Positions 14,555 to 26,243 of a stretch of DNA of 64,000 nt are shown piece after piece (position 1 is the stretch's first letter; the number at the start of each line of letters is the position of its first letter). Both the position numbers and the translations under genes were made by a program. This stretch comes from Eledone cirrhosa (Eukaryota), in contig OZ024743.1 in the NCBI GenBank assembly GCA_964016885.1, positions 145,638,001 through 145,702,000 of the forward strand. Reading direction: 5' to 3'. The notes under the pieces are model-generated. The model made no database searches. It was not told where the DNA came from and saw only the letters and a list, made by a program, of their open reading frames with translations.

Positions 14555-14623
14555 ATTTTATTATGCGCATTTCAAAAACAAACATCATCATGCAATAATA
14601 TTTGTGTTTTCATCAGATAAAAC
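14555..14623 (-). ncRNA. Minimal type I hammerhead ribozyme
   Basis: Minus strand reads GUUUUAU CUGAUGA [~16-bp stem II with G:U pairs] GAAA UGCGCA UA AUAAAAU. Stem I pairs, stem III is palindromic (AUGCGCAU), and the cleavage triplet is AUA. Confidence 0.8.
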
Positions 14624-14754
14624 AGGAGGACATGATATGAAGGCTAAAAAACACTTGTGGATAGTGCAGTTTTAAATCAACATATGTATATATATATATA
14701 TGCATAGGTATATGTACATACATGACTATATACCTATGCATATATATATAGTAA

Positions 14755-14942
14755 TAATAATTGTTTCTACTTTTGGCACAAGGCCAGCAATTATCCAGTG
14801 TATTAATGATACTTTATTTTATCGACCCCGTAAGGATGAAAGGCAAAGTTAACCTTGGCGGGATTTGAACTGAGAATGGCAAGGGCCGTAACTCTATGCG
14901 TCAAAGGATGGCGTCCGACCCTCTACCGAAACTGCCAATCCC
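14755..14942 (-). mobile_element. Young tRNA-derived SINE
   Basis: Near-identical to 30251-30439 and to the reverse complement of 17446-17628. Confidence 0.9.
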
Positions 14943-14979
14943 CAATAATAATAATATATATATATATATATGTATGTAT

Positions 14980-15010
<31 letters not shown>

Positions 15011-15032
15011 TACATATGTATATATATGTATG

Positions 15033-15063
<31 letters not shown>

Positions 15064-15088
15064 GTTAATATATATATATATAATTAAG

Positions 15089-15150
<62 letters not shown>

Positions 15151-16579
15151 TATGTGTATGTACATACATAACTATATATATGTACACATATACATACATA
15201 TATATGTGTGTGTATATATATATATATATAGAGAGAGAGAGACCAACAAAGAGAAAGAAAAGGAGACATTTATTTACCCTCTCCATACATTAATTCATGT
15301 ACACACAGGTTATCTCTCTCTCTCTCTTTTTTTCTCTCTTTCTCTCTCTCTCTCTTTCTCTCTTTCTCTCTCTCTCATACATACACACACACACACACAC
15401 ACACAACTACAGGAACACCCATATAAACATACTTTAATAATAAAGTGTAGATAGCCATGTCTATATATTGTATAGCTCGTTGCAATGTAGAAGTAAAGTT
15501 CCTGTCATACGAAACTGAAGAATCGCAATATCAATTATATTTTGGAGTCATTTTCACTTCTTTTTTTCACATTTAAGGCATGAATAGCACAACCTCCACA
15601 TCTTTCTCATCTATACATGTCTTTAAACCTAAAATAATGTATCAGCAAGTTATACCATCGCTGCCTCAATGATATGCCAGGACAATGTGAGAGAACGCTC
15701 TCTGGCGTGTACAGCCCCAGATACATGCAGTCTCATGGTACTAATGGACATCTAAAATGATATAAGATATTGTACAAACCATTTAAAGATGTCCGTTGGG
15801 ATCATGAGGTGGATTGCACCTGGGGTTCTGTACGTCAGAAAGCTTTCTTCCACACCGTCCAAGCACATAACATTGGGGTAGCGATGGTATAAGTTGCTGA
15901 TGTTCATGCTGACACACATACACAAACACATACACATACGTATACAAACTAATAAGAAAAAAAGTAAATATGAAAATAATAATCAAGCCGACGAGCTATA
16001 CAATATATAGACATCAATGGGTCTTTTTTGTCTGAAATTGGTGTTGATAGTGTATCTCACCTGTTAGAATTATTTGTTTCAAATATAAGCACACGGCCAC
16101 AAATTCCGGGTGTGGGCTATAATCAGTTATATTGATTTCGTATTTAAATAATACATTTTATCGGCTATAGAAAGATCATGGGTCACCCTGATGAGATTTT
16201 AAATCACAACGTAATGAAGCCTGAATGCATGCTATATTTCGTCCGCTACTCTCTTGATTTTGCCAATTACCTTATAATTGCCTTCAGTGCTTACTAAAAT
16301 AAATTCGCATATATAATAAAGATAGTTATACCATCAAATGTGCTGTAATTTTGAAGAAAAAAGTTCTCAACGAACTCAGTTTTTATCTGATGAATGCAAA
16401 GTAAACACCCATGGGAAAGGGATGAATCACAGCTTCTGTTTGAATCTTTTGAATATCTTAGTTTTCATACTTTTATATATTACAACTATTTATTATAACC
16501 AACTTACTGTAACAGCATAAAATAGCTCATATATGAGATAATACACACACCTTTGTATGAGTGTTAACTAGCAAGAAAA

Positions 16580-16794
16580 ACACAAACACACACAGACACA
16601 TATAAACACAAAGAGAGACAGAGAAAGAGGCACAAACACTGAAGCGCACACACACACACACACAGACACATATAAACACAAAGAGAGACAGAGAAAGAGG
16701 CACAAACACTGAAGCACACACACACACACACACATATATAAACACAAAGAGAGACAGAGAAAGAGGCACAAACACTGAAGCACACACACACACA

Positions 16795-16872
<78 letters not shown>
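16580..16872. repeat. About 60-bp minisatellite x3 running into (CA)n
   Basis: Unit ..ATATAAACACAAAGAGAGACAGAGAAAGAGGCACAAACACTGAAGC(AC)n. Confidence 0.9.
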
Positions 16873-16873
<1 letters not shown>

Positions 16874-16994
16874 TTGTTTCTGTATTCTATCCACCTAGGG
16901 GCTCTGAACTCCTGGTGGAGTCTTAGAGGCGCGTCTTGTGCATTTAAACCTTCTCCAGGTTTGAACACAGATAAAAGAGAAATAGGAAGAATCT

Positions 16995-17628
16995 ACCCAA
17001 GTACTTTATTTATCGACCTAAAAAGAATGAAAGCAAAGTTGATCTCAGTCGGATTCTAACTCAGAGTATAGAAAACTGGAAAGAATACCGCAAGCACTCT
17101 GTCCAACATTCTAAGGACTCTGTCATTTTGCCGCCCTTTTGTGTGTATTATATAGTAATAGAAGGGTGGTGGGGTAGCAGAGTCGTAATAGAAGGGTGGT
17201 GGGGTAGCAGAGTCGTCAGATCATCGGATAAAGGCGTAGCAATCTTTGTTTCGGCTCTTTACGTTCTAAGTTCAAATCTTTCCTAGGTTAACTTTATCAT
17301 ACATCCTTCCGAGGTCGATAAAGTAAATTACCAGTCAAGTACTAAGGTTGATGAAAGAAAATACCAATCAGATACTGGGGTCGATATAATCGACTTTATC
17401 TCCCCTAAACGTTGCTGGCTTTGTGCCAAAATCAGAAATCATTAAGTGGATTGGCAGTATCGGTAGAGAGTCGGACGCCATGCTTTGACGCATAGAGTTA
17501 CGGCCCTTGCCATTCTGAGTTCAAATCCCGCCGAGGTTAACTTCGCCTTTCATCCTTACGGGATCGATAAAATAAAGTACCAGTAATGCACTGAGTATTT
17601 GCTGGCCTTGTGTCTAAAGTAGAAACAA
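16995..17628. mobile_element. SINE cluster: old minus copy, old plus copy and young plus copy (17446-17628)
   Basis: Three sets of A/B boxes and central TCGATAAA motifs. Confidence 0.85.
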
Positions 17629-18063
17629 CTATATAACTATAAAAAAAAGAAAACGCACACATTCACAAACACACACATTTGTAGGTGTCAGTTTGCTAGC
17701 GATAAAATAAGAATGCATACATACACACACTCATAAACCCACTCACACAGACAGACATATGGAACAAATTTACTCGACACAAATATGCTGGAATACTAGC
17801 ATATCGAGTTTAGGAAGTGTCTTTTCACACCTCAACACCTGGAAATTACTGAGGATTGGACTATTGAGTGAAAAGTCACTTTGATAGGAAAGTAGTCAGT
17901 TGACCCTTGGGTCAGCACTATAATATTATGTCTATTCAGTCAGGTGCAACTCTTGTATCATATGTTAATCTATACCAATTAACAACCTATACTACTTAGT
18001 TATGTACAGTATTCAGTAAAGGACTCCATGTGTGCTAAGCTTTGCTATATAGATTAATAATGT

Positions 18064-18420
18064 GGATGTAGCACGGCTGAGTGGTTAAGAAGTTCGCTTC
18101 GCAATCGTTAGGTCCCGTGGCTGATTCCACTGCGTGGCATCTTGTGCTCGTTATTTGCTATAGCTTCGGATCAACCCATGCCTTATGAGTGGAATTGAGT
18201 AAATGTAAAGGGTTAGCTCGTCGGATAGACTGTACCAGTAATTCAAAGAGCCAACTTTGTCACACATTGTTAAACTGAATTTCCCTGAGAATTACGTTAT
18301 GGATAAAAGTATCTTGAGAATGCTCAGCCATTTTATATGTTAATTTCAGGAGCAGGCTGTTCCGTTGATCGGACAACTGGAACACTCATCATCGAAACCG
18401 ATGAAGGTCCATTCCAGTTT
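18064..18420 (+). mobile_element. Old tRNA-derived SINE (another family)
   Basis: GGCTGAGTGGTTAAGAAGTTCGCTTC..TTCCACTGCGTGGCA head. Relatives at about 11855-11930, 48240-48395 and 58585-58730. Confidence 0.65.
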
Positions 18421-18779
18421 AATAGCTCATAAAATTTAGAAATTCATACCATCAGTAATCTATATTTCTTATGAAATATTCCATGACATAAGTAATTATT
18501 CTTGATACCTTTATAACATCGCTGTTATCAGTCTTAATGCGCTGGACTTATAAATGATACAAATACCGAACTAGATGATTTTCAGTATTTGATATGTAAT
18601 CTTTTCTTGTATTCGTGCTATAAGCCTACGCCCCTCCACCACAAGGACATAAGTAGACTTAATAATCATCACTTGAGGGCGGTTGACCGGGCTAGTAGCT
18701 GCTAAATGGTCGGCCGCCCTCATGTCTCTGACTTCAGCACCATGGATTTTGTCTATTATATTCCTTTGTTATATTTCGA

Positions 18780-18837
18780 ATACCTGATGATGTCACCGGA
18801 TTCATACTGAACCCGGTCATTGAAATGATCATAGTAT
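18780..18837 (+). ncRNA. Minimal type I hammerhead ribozyme
   Basis: AUAC CUGAUGA [stem II ACCGG/CCGGU and UUCA/UGAA] GAAA UGAUCA UA GUAU, with palindromic stem III AUGAUCAU. AATAAA follows immediately and (TA)n begins about 45 nt later. Confidence 0.75.
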
Positions 18838-18905
18838 AATAAACCTTTTAAGGAATTACACCAGTCCAGCCTCCTGTTATCTTATATATATATATATATA
18901 TATAT

Positions 18906-19090
18906 ATAGGAAAATGTTCAGGACCCCGACGGCAGAGCTCAAGCAGTTTCGACGGCTATTTCTGGAAATAGCCGTCGAAACAGCTTGAGCTCTGCCGTCG
19001 GGGCCCTGAACCTTTCCTATTACCCACTCAACTACCCAAAGTATCGCGTATGTTATGGTCCACCTGGTTCCTTACCACACTTCCTCCTTT
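18906..19090 (+). mobile_element. Fold-back mini-element family A in (TA)n
   Basis: Inverted arms of about 56 bp (18906-18962 / 18965-19020) plus a 70-bp unique tail. Homologues at 59401-59592 and 44818-44866. Confidence 0.8.
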
Positions 19091-19530
19091 ATATATATAT
19101 ATATATGGGGTTATCTCCCTTACAGAGTTATACACGTGGGTTTTTACTACTACATACTACTGCTTAATCCTGCATGCTGGCATAGAACAAAATACCTGTT
19201 GACGATATGACAGCCTTGTTCGATCATTATACCAAAAGCTTATTTTTTAAGCAGGCAGTATAATTGATTTAGGTGTCGCAGACACCCTTTACTGGATTAT
19301 ACCATCTTTTCCAGAGGTCCGGATAAATATTCAATTATTTTGTTTGACCTGTTTGGCTTGCCTCGTCTTTTTTGGCTTAGGTGGTTGATGACTTCTTGAC
19401 CGCCATAACAGTTGGTTTGGCCTTTATAACCTATGTTTATTGCTCTGGTCTTTATTTGGTCAGCATAACTCGGATATTGCGTTTCGCTTTGTTTTCGACC
19501 ACAGCTGAAATTCGATATCGCTGAAATTAC

Positions 19531-19564
<34 letters not shown>

Positions 19565-19566
<2 letters not shown>

Positions 19567-19806
19567 CGTTTCTGAATTTGTTTAGCAAGATTCTTTATCT
19601 GAAATCGTGTGTTGAAACCGATATTGTTATACTTTGGGAGGGTCATATTGCCAATAAGAAACACACGCACCAGTTGCTTTCACTTCAATTTATTATAATA
19701 AATTTATAATAAATTTATAAATTTATTATAAATTTATTATAATAAATTGAAGTGAAAGCAACTGGTGCGTGTGTTTCTTATTGGCAACATGACCCTCCCA
19801 AAGTAT

Positions 19807-19814
<8 letters not shown>
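19565..19814. repeat. Fold-back element D (arms of about 95 bp, 19621-19814) with one-sided tail, in (TA)n
   Basis: ATATTGTTATACTTTGGGAGGGTCA...TGACCCTCCCAAAGTATAACAATAT. A related single arm lies at 22468-22545. Confidence 0.85.
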
Positions 19815-19841
<27 letters not shown>

Positions 19842-19844
<3 letters not shown>

Positions 19845-20014
19845 CTGTATAGAGAACAATATCTACAGGTTAGCAATTAAATATAAAAAAACTAATTCAG
19901 AATCAAATATCTGGATTAGAGTTTTAAATCTCTATTCTTCTTTGAGCTAATTATTATTTGAGGTACTATTATTATTATTACAGTGAACTGCGGAATACTC
20001 TTAATTCCGATCTT

Positions 20015-20058
<44 letters not shown>

Positions 20059-20065
20059 AAGATCG

Positions 20066-20139
<74 letters not shown>

Positions 20140-20629
20140 TAAAATAACAGATTAAAGTTTAAGCAAAGAATCGCTGCTTTCACCCTTAACGGGATCTTCT
20201 GAAAGTTTCAGAAGATCCCGTTAAGGGTGAAAGCAGCGATTCTTTGCTTAAACTTTAATCTGTTATTTTAATAAATATTTGTTCTACGGTTCTTATATAT
20301 TTGATATATATTTATCCTTATCGAGCCCTCTTTGGATTTTAGTCTTCAAATTTATTATTATTACTATATATATATATATATACGAAGATCGGAATTAAGA
20401 GTATTCCGCAGTTCACTGTAATAATAATAATAGTAGCTCAAATAATAATTAGCTCAAAGAAGAATAGAGATTTAAAACTCTAATCCAGAGATTTGATTCT
20501 GAATTAGTTTTTTTATATTTAATTGCTAACCTGTAGATATTGTTCTCTATACAGTAACGGTAAAATCACTTGTAATAATTCTTTACACACATCTCACTGT
20601 GTAACACACTTCTCTTTGTGTAATATATA

Positions 20630-20630
<1 letters not shown>
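19842..20630. repeat. Fold-back element C (arms of about 175 bp, 19842-20017 / 20381-20556) enclosing element B
   Basis: Arms differ at only a few positions; unique tail at 20557-20630. Confidence 0.9.
20132..20365 (+). mobile_element. Fold-back mini-element family B in (TA)n
   Basis: Perfect 73-bp arms (20132-20204 / 20206-20278) plus an 87-bp tail. Homologues at 27910-28120 and 51218-51313. Confidence 0.85.
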
Positions 20631-20673
<43 letters not shown>

Positions 20674-20697
20674 TCTCCGTTTCTCCTCTCTTTCTGA

Positions 20698-20747
<50 letters not shown>

Positions 20748-20785
20748 CTATATATATATTAATCTCCTTGTTTCTCATCTCTTTC

Positions 20786-20871
<86 letters not shown>

Positions 20872-21271
20872 TCCCTTTCAAGGTACAGAAGGCAGTGCCC
20901 TCAAGGGATAAAACAGAGTCATGTATTCCTTTGATGTTGAATCTAGTATTTCAAATATCTAGCTAAGGCAATTGATAACACATATAAGAGAAAACAAAAA
21001 TTACACTAGCGATCAAACATATTTGTGAGAAACTTCCGCTATCGAAAATCATATACAACAATCCTTTCTAATTTTAATGTTGAAAAGGCAATTTCTTTCA
21101 TTTGTTACCTTTCATTTGTATATCTTACAAAAAAGGCTTTCAAAGGAACTAAATATTGATTTGTAACGTGAGCACAAGACCACGAATTTGTAGGAGGACT
21201 ACAGTCTATTAGCTCGATGCAGCACATCACTGGTACTTATTTCATCAATCCTTGGAAGAATGAAAGATATT

Positions 21272-21313
<42 letters not shown>

Positions 21314-21609
21314 ATCTCTCTCTATCTCGCTCTTTATTTCTTTTCACTGCTTCCCTGTCCTCTTTTTCATTATCTCTCGTTTGTCTATTACTACTACTTA
21401 CTTCCTATTGCCATGCCATTGATTTGGTCCTTTAGCCCGAAGTACTGATAAGTAGTGAACATAATTTCTTTGCGCTATATGTAATCGACGTAAGTAAATT
21501 TTTTCCCTACTTCTGGCGCCTTGTGTTGTTCACTTAAATACACAATGTGTTACCTATTCAATTTTCACATATGAATTCCCTTTGGTCATCCCATACATCA
21601 CACCAACAG

Positions 21610-21700
21610 AGTGAGCTCCGATCTTTTGCACAAATTGGCATTACAAGTGCAGTACTGCATTAACGTGCGAAACTGCACTTCCAGCAAGGTGGCTGACGAG
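21610..21700 (+). CDS. Candidate internal exon of an unidentified host gene (VSSDLLHKLALQVQYCINVRNCTSSKVADE)
   Basis: Non-repetitive, balanced-GC open frame bounded by ..CAACAG| and GAG|GTACGA. No protein recognised. Confidence 0.4.
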
Positions 21701-21809
21701 GTACGATGTATTTGTCTGTTCATGTTATGTAACTCTGTACATTTTCTGCTGATATACATGTACGTGTGTGTGCGTGTGTGTGTGTGTATGTGTGTGTGTG
21801 TGTGTTTGC

Positions 21810-21885
<76 letters not shown>

Positions 21886-22434
21886 CAGGTGATTAGACAT
21901 AACAGGTTGCCCGTACAAGTCCTGATGATGGCGAACACGTGTCATTAACAAGAATGTCTATGAAATACCATCTATTAAAATGTATATATATATAAATATA
22001 TAAACTTAGGGCAATCAACAAAGAGAGACGATAACGAACGAAAACAAGGCAAAACGAAAAATTTTTTTTTTGAAAATATAAATACAAACACACAATTCCA
22101 GAGTCATCGGCCGCTGAGATGGACTTTGGCAGATTCGACCACTACCAACGGTATTGCTGGTCCACCATCCCCAAATATAATAATATATAATTAGAATTTA
22201 GCTTCGAACATAGCTGTATATAAATATGCATATGAATTTCGTATAGGTAAAGAAATACGGTATGTTTATAAATAAAGATTCTGAAAGCCATAGCTATGAA
22301 TATAACACTGGTGGTCAACGCCGCCGAGCGGTGTCCGGCAGAAGCAAGGGGGACAATCGTCGATACATTTCGAACTTAAATGGTTCTCGTTAGCTATGGC
22401 TTTCAGAATGTTTATTTATAAACATACCGTATTT

Positions 22435-22474
<40 letters not shown>

Positions 22475-22695
22475 ATATTTGGGGATGGTCATGTTGACAA
22501 TATTGCCAATAGAAAGAAACACACGCACCATATAATTTTCACTTTATCTTTATTGCCGTTATTCAATATATATATATGAGAAAAGTCTATTACCTCTATG
22601 TTTACATATCACGGGCTCAGTCTTTCGTAATAGGAACTTACGCTCACAGATAACAATATGTGTGTGTGTATGTATGTATGAATGTATGTATGTGT

Positions 22696-23509
22696 GCCTG
22701 TTCGGTAGGACATTCAGCCCGGGACCTATGGACAACTTCCAGAAGTCCCTGGCCTGGCAGTGCTACCGAGGGGCTTTACCCGTTCGAGAAAGGCTCTACA
22801 GACACGGGCGCCCGGGGGCCAAAAAGATCTGTCCCAGATGCGTGTGCGACGAGGAAACCGTTGCACACGCATTAGTACACTGCTCGGGCGTAGCCGATCT
22901 GTGGGGCTATGTCGAACAACTGCTGTCAAGGGTGGGACCGATCCGGTTGACCACCGAGTCTATTGTAATGATCAAGCCGCCTCCCCCCTTCAAAGATGAA
23001 GCAGAGGCGGTGTTTCTGTGCGTAATAGCCATGGCGAAAGAGGTTGTATGGTGGACGCGTCTGAAAGGACTGAGGTCGGGCACCTTTCTCTCTGGCCAAC
23101 AACTGGTCCGTTTCTTCCGATATCATTTCGGAAGAAGGATCAGGATGGAGAGAGAGGTGCTGCACCCCAGCCGTTTCTATGAAAGATGGGTGAAAGTGGC
23201 GAGAATGGCCCGTGTGAATGGGCCTTCACTCTACATCAGACTATAGGTGAGGAAGATGAAAGACCAAGGGAGCACCCCTTCTCTGTGCTCCTGAGGAGAA
23301 GGGTTGCACACCTTTTTCGGGGGTGTGTGCGACCCCCCAAGGCGCCTCCTCTCTATTGAGGATTTTGTTAAAAATTTATTTTTTGTTATATCTTATTTTA
23401 TTTTTATATTTTGTTATTGCCTCCTCCTTATTGAGGACGCCTTTTTGTGTAAACTCCCCCCTTTGTACTTGTCCCACTTTTGATGCCCTAGTGGCAAATA
23501 AAAGAAATA

Positions 23510-23540
<31 letters not shown>
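22696..23540 (+). mobile_element. L1/Tx1-clade LINE 3' end (zf-RVT region, 3' UTR and (TATC)n tail)
   Basis: AWQCYRGALPV...CPRC..EETVAHALVHC zinc knuckle; AATAAA at about 23497. Confidence 0.85.
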
Positions 23541-24298
23541 GTATAAGTACCTGTTTTCAAGCTCATGCACAAAATCCTAATAACAAACTTTCCATCTCCT
23601 CTTAACGGTCATTAACCTTCAACAAATATCTAAGTAACGAAAAATCATACATTTGAATACAAGCATTAAGATATCCAATCAAAAGAAAACACACCTTAAC
23701 AAAACACACAAATATAAACATGTTTCTAGCACTGTCTGCTATCTTTCTTAATCTACCTCGCTACGCTTGATAAATAAAAACATCAACATGTTTTCACTAA
23801 ATCCGACTCACCACTTCTGTTAGTATTCTTCTAACTCTAATAACGACTTATCAATATGGCAATTCCTTTTATTTCTATATAAGTTCCTACAACTTAAAAC
23901 ATCCACCACCTAAAAGTTACATAAGCATTAATACACAGACCCACCCAATCCTACACTTAGAACACCCAATACAAACCAATGAACTATTAAACTTACATAC
24001 ACACTCATACATTTGGTACTCAACCCAGATTGATATAAACTATAATTTAAGCCTCACCTTACCATAAGTAAGCAACGAAGCTGAAACTTCGAAGTCACTA
24101 ACACTTTTCTACTAAAAAAATCAATTTACACTCTACACATATTTAGTGCTCATTCAGTTAATGTTTTAATATTTTAAGTACTGCGGTATTTTAAATATCC
24201 AATAATCATGGGAGTACTCAATGCATGGGGATATGCTGAGTTTTCCAACACAAAAGCCTAAAACGCTTGGCGCCTCGGCCGGAATTTTACATCTCTCA

Positions 24299-24367
<69 letters not shown>

Positions 24368-24909
24368 TAAGAGGAATTCCAACTTTGTCTGATTTACTCG
24401 TTTTATTTACAATCCTTTAAAATTTATAATGGTATTATAATGAAATAGTATGATAGAATATTAAATGTTAAGTGTTAATTGAACAAGTACTTTCATTCTT
24501 TCGCAATCTTCAGGTTCATAATGTGTGGTGACAGTCAAGTTTGCAATTTTCAACTGTAATGAGATGGGTAAATTTTGTACCTTATATACAGTGAAAAGTG
24601 GCTCCAGAATGCTAAATCTTGCAAACTGTATTTCGACCAATCGGTGTGTAGTTTCACTGAATTACTAAAGCTGATTGGTTTGGGCGTCATGGTTGGTTGA
24701 GCATGTCTAACGACCACTAATTGATCCTATCCAAAGCATCAATTGTTTTGTTATTTTTAGAAATGATGAAAATAGCATTTTCTAGTAATCATCACCATCA
24801 ACATCACTTTTATTATTATTATTATTATTGTTGTTGTTGTTGTTGTTAGTGGTCGTAGTCGACATGGTCGTAGTCATAGTCATAGTAGAAGTAATACCCT
24901 TAAGCATTA

Positions 24910-25961
24910 TTATTGTTCATTTAGCTTGGGTTTGAATTTATCAATAAAATTCTTTTCTTTGATTTTTCTCTTGATTTCACTTGGGCTGTGTAATTTGTAG
25001 AATGGGAATATTATAAATATTCCCTGACCACATGTTGCTAGATGGTAACTTATGGGTATCTGACGGTCATTTGGGTCTCTGATTTGCTGACGGTGTACCC
25101 GTGCACGTTCTGATAGTGCATTTCCAGTTTGACCGACATATAGTTCTTCACAATTCGGGCATTTAATGCAGTAAATTAGATTTCTGCTTTTGCAGTTCAT
25201 ATTTGCATTTGGGAATATTTTTCCAGTTTTTGTTTTCATATATTAACCGGCGTGTATGGATTGACATGTGCCGCATCGACTATCATTGCATTTAGTTACA
25301 GTGAATGATTGGTCTTTGTTGTTACGGTCAAACTTTGCTTTTGTTAGTAATTGCTTCAAATTTTTCGGCTGTCTTTTACTAAGAGTCAAAGATCGATCTG
25401 TGATTAAGCCTTTTAATTCATTACTTTGAGCAATGATCGGTAGGTTTGCTTTGGCAGTGTTGAAGATATTCTGCTGGTGACATGGGTTGTGTATCATTAT
25501 AAATGGTATGACCAGTTCTTGGTTTCTTCTTCCTTGGGTTGTCCTAAGTTGTTGTATAGGTATTTTTATAGCCCGCTGTATGCCATTTTCTATAAGTAGA
25601 GATGGGTATTTTTGTTTGAGCAAAAATTCTCTTAGTTCTGTTAGGCGTTTGTACCTGGTATTCGTATCTTCTACAATGGTACAAATTCTTCTGGCTAGGC
25701 AGTATCGGCTGTTGCGTTTTGTATGAGTTGGATGGCGCGACTTAAAATTCAGATATTGATGGGTGTCTGTGTGTTTATAATATATATCTGTGGTAATGGT
25801 GGTGTCGTTTTTGATTATCATTATATCTAGGAATGGTAATTTGGTCCTACTCATCTCTTTTGTGAATTGGAGAGATGGGTGTAGGTTATTCAGGAGGATA
25901 TTGAACTCATCCAGAGTATCTAGAGATTCTGTCCAGATGATGAAACAGTCGTCAAGGTATC
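24910..25961 (-). pseudogene. Penelope RT C-terminus, Cys linker and GIY-YIG endonuclease (one in-frame stop)
   Basis: KCNDSRCGTC; NLIYCIKCPNCEELYVGQTGNALSERARVH; KFKPKLN. Confidence 0.92.
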
Positions 25962-26204
25962 TCTAAAAATAGCAAAACAATTGATGCTTTGGATAGGATC
26001 AATTAGTGGTCGTTAGACATGCTCAACCAACCGTGACGCCTAAACCAATCAGCTTTAGTAATTCAGTGAAACTACACACCGATTGGTCGAAATACAGTTT
26101 GCAAGATTTAGCATTCTGGAGCCACTTTTCACTGTATACAAGGTACAAAATTTACCCATCTCATTACAGTTGAAAATTGCAAACTTGACTGTCACCACAC
26201 ATTA

Positions 26205-26243
26205 TGAACCTGAAGATTGCGAAAGCATGAAAGTACTTGTTCA
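26205..26243 (+). ncRNA. Minimal hammerhead in the Penelope pLTR (second copy 24480-24518, minus)
   Basis: UGAAC CUGAAGA UUGC GAAA GCAU GAAA GUAC UU GUUCA, with palindromic stem III AAGUACUU. Confidence 0.75.

Noticed and set aside
17446-17530. tRNA gene
   Set aside because: A and B boxes are present but no cloverleaf forms, and the sequence continues into a multi-copy SINE body and tail.
21918-21970. Hammerhead at CTGATGATGGCGAACACGTGTC
   Set aside because: No correctly placed GAAA and no stem I pairing; at best a relic. The same applies to 14209, 22610-22655, 29420 and 48547.
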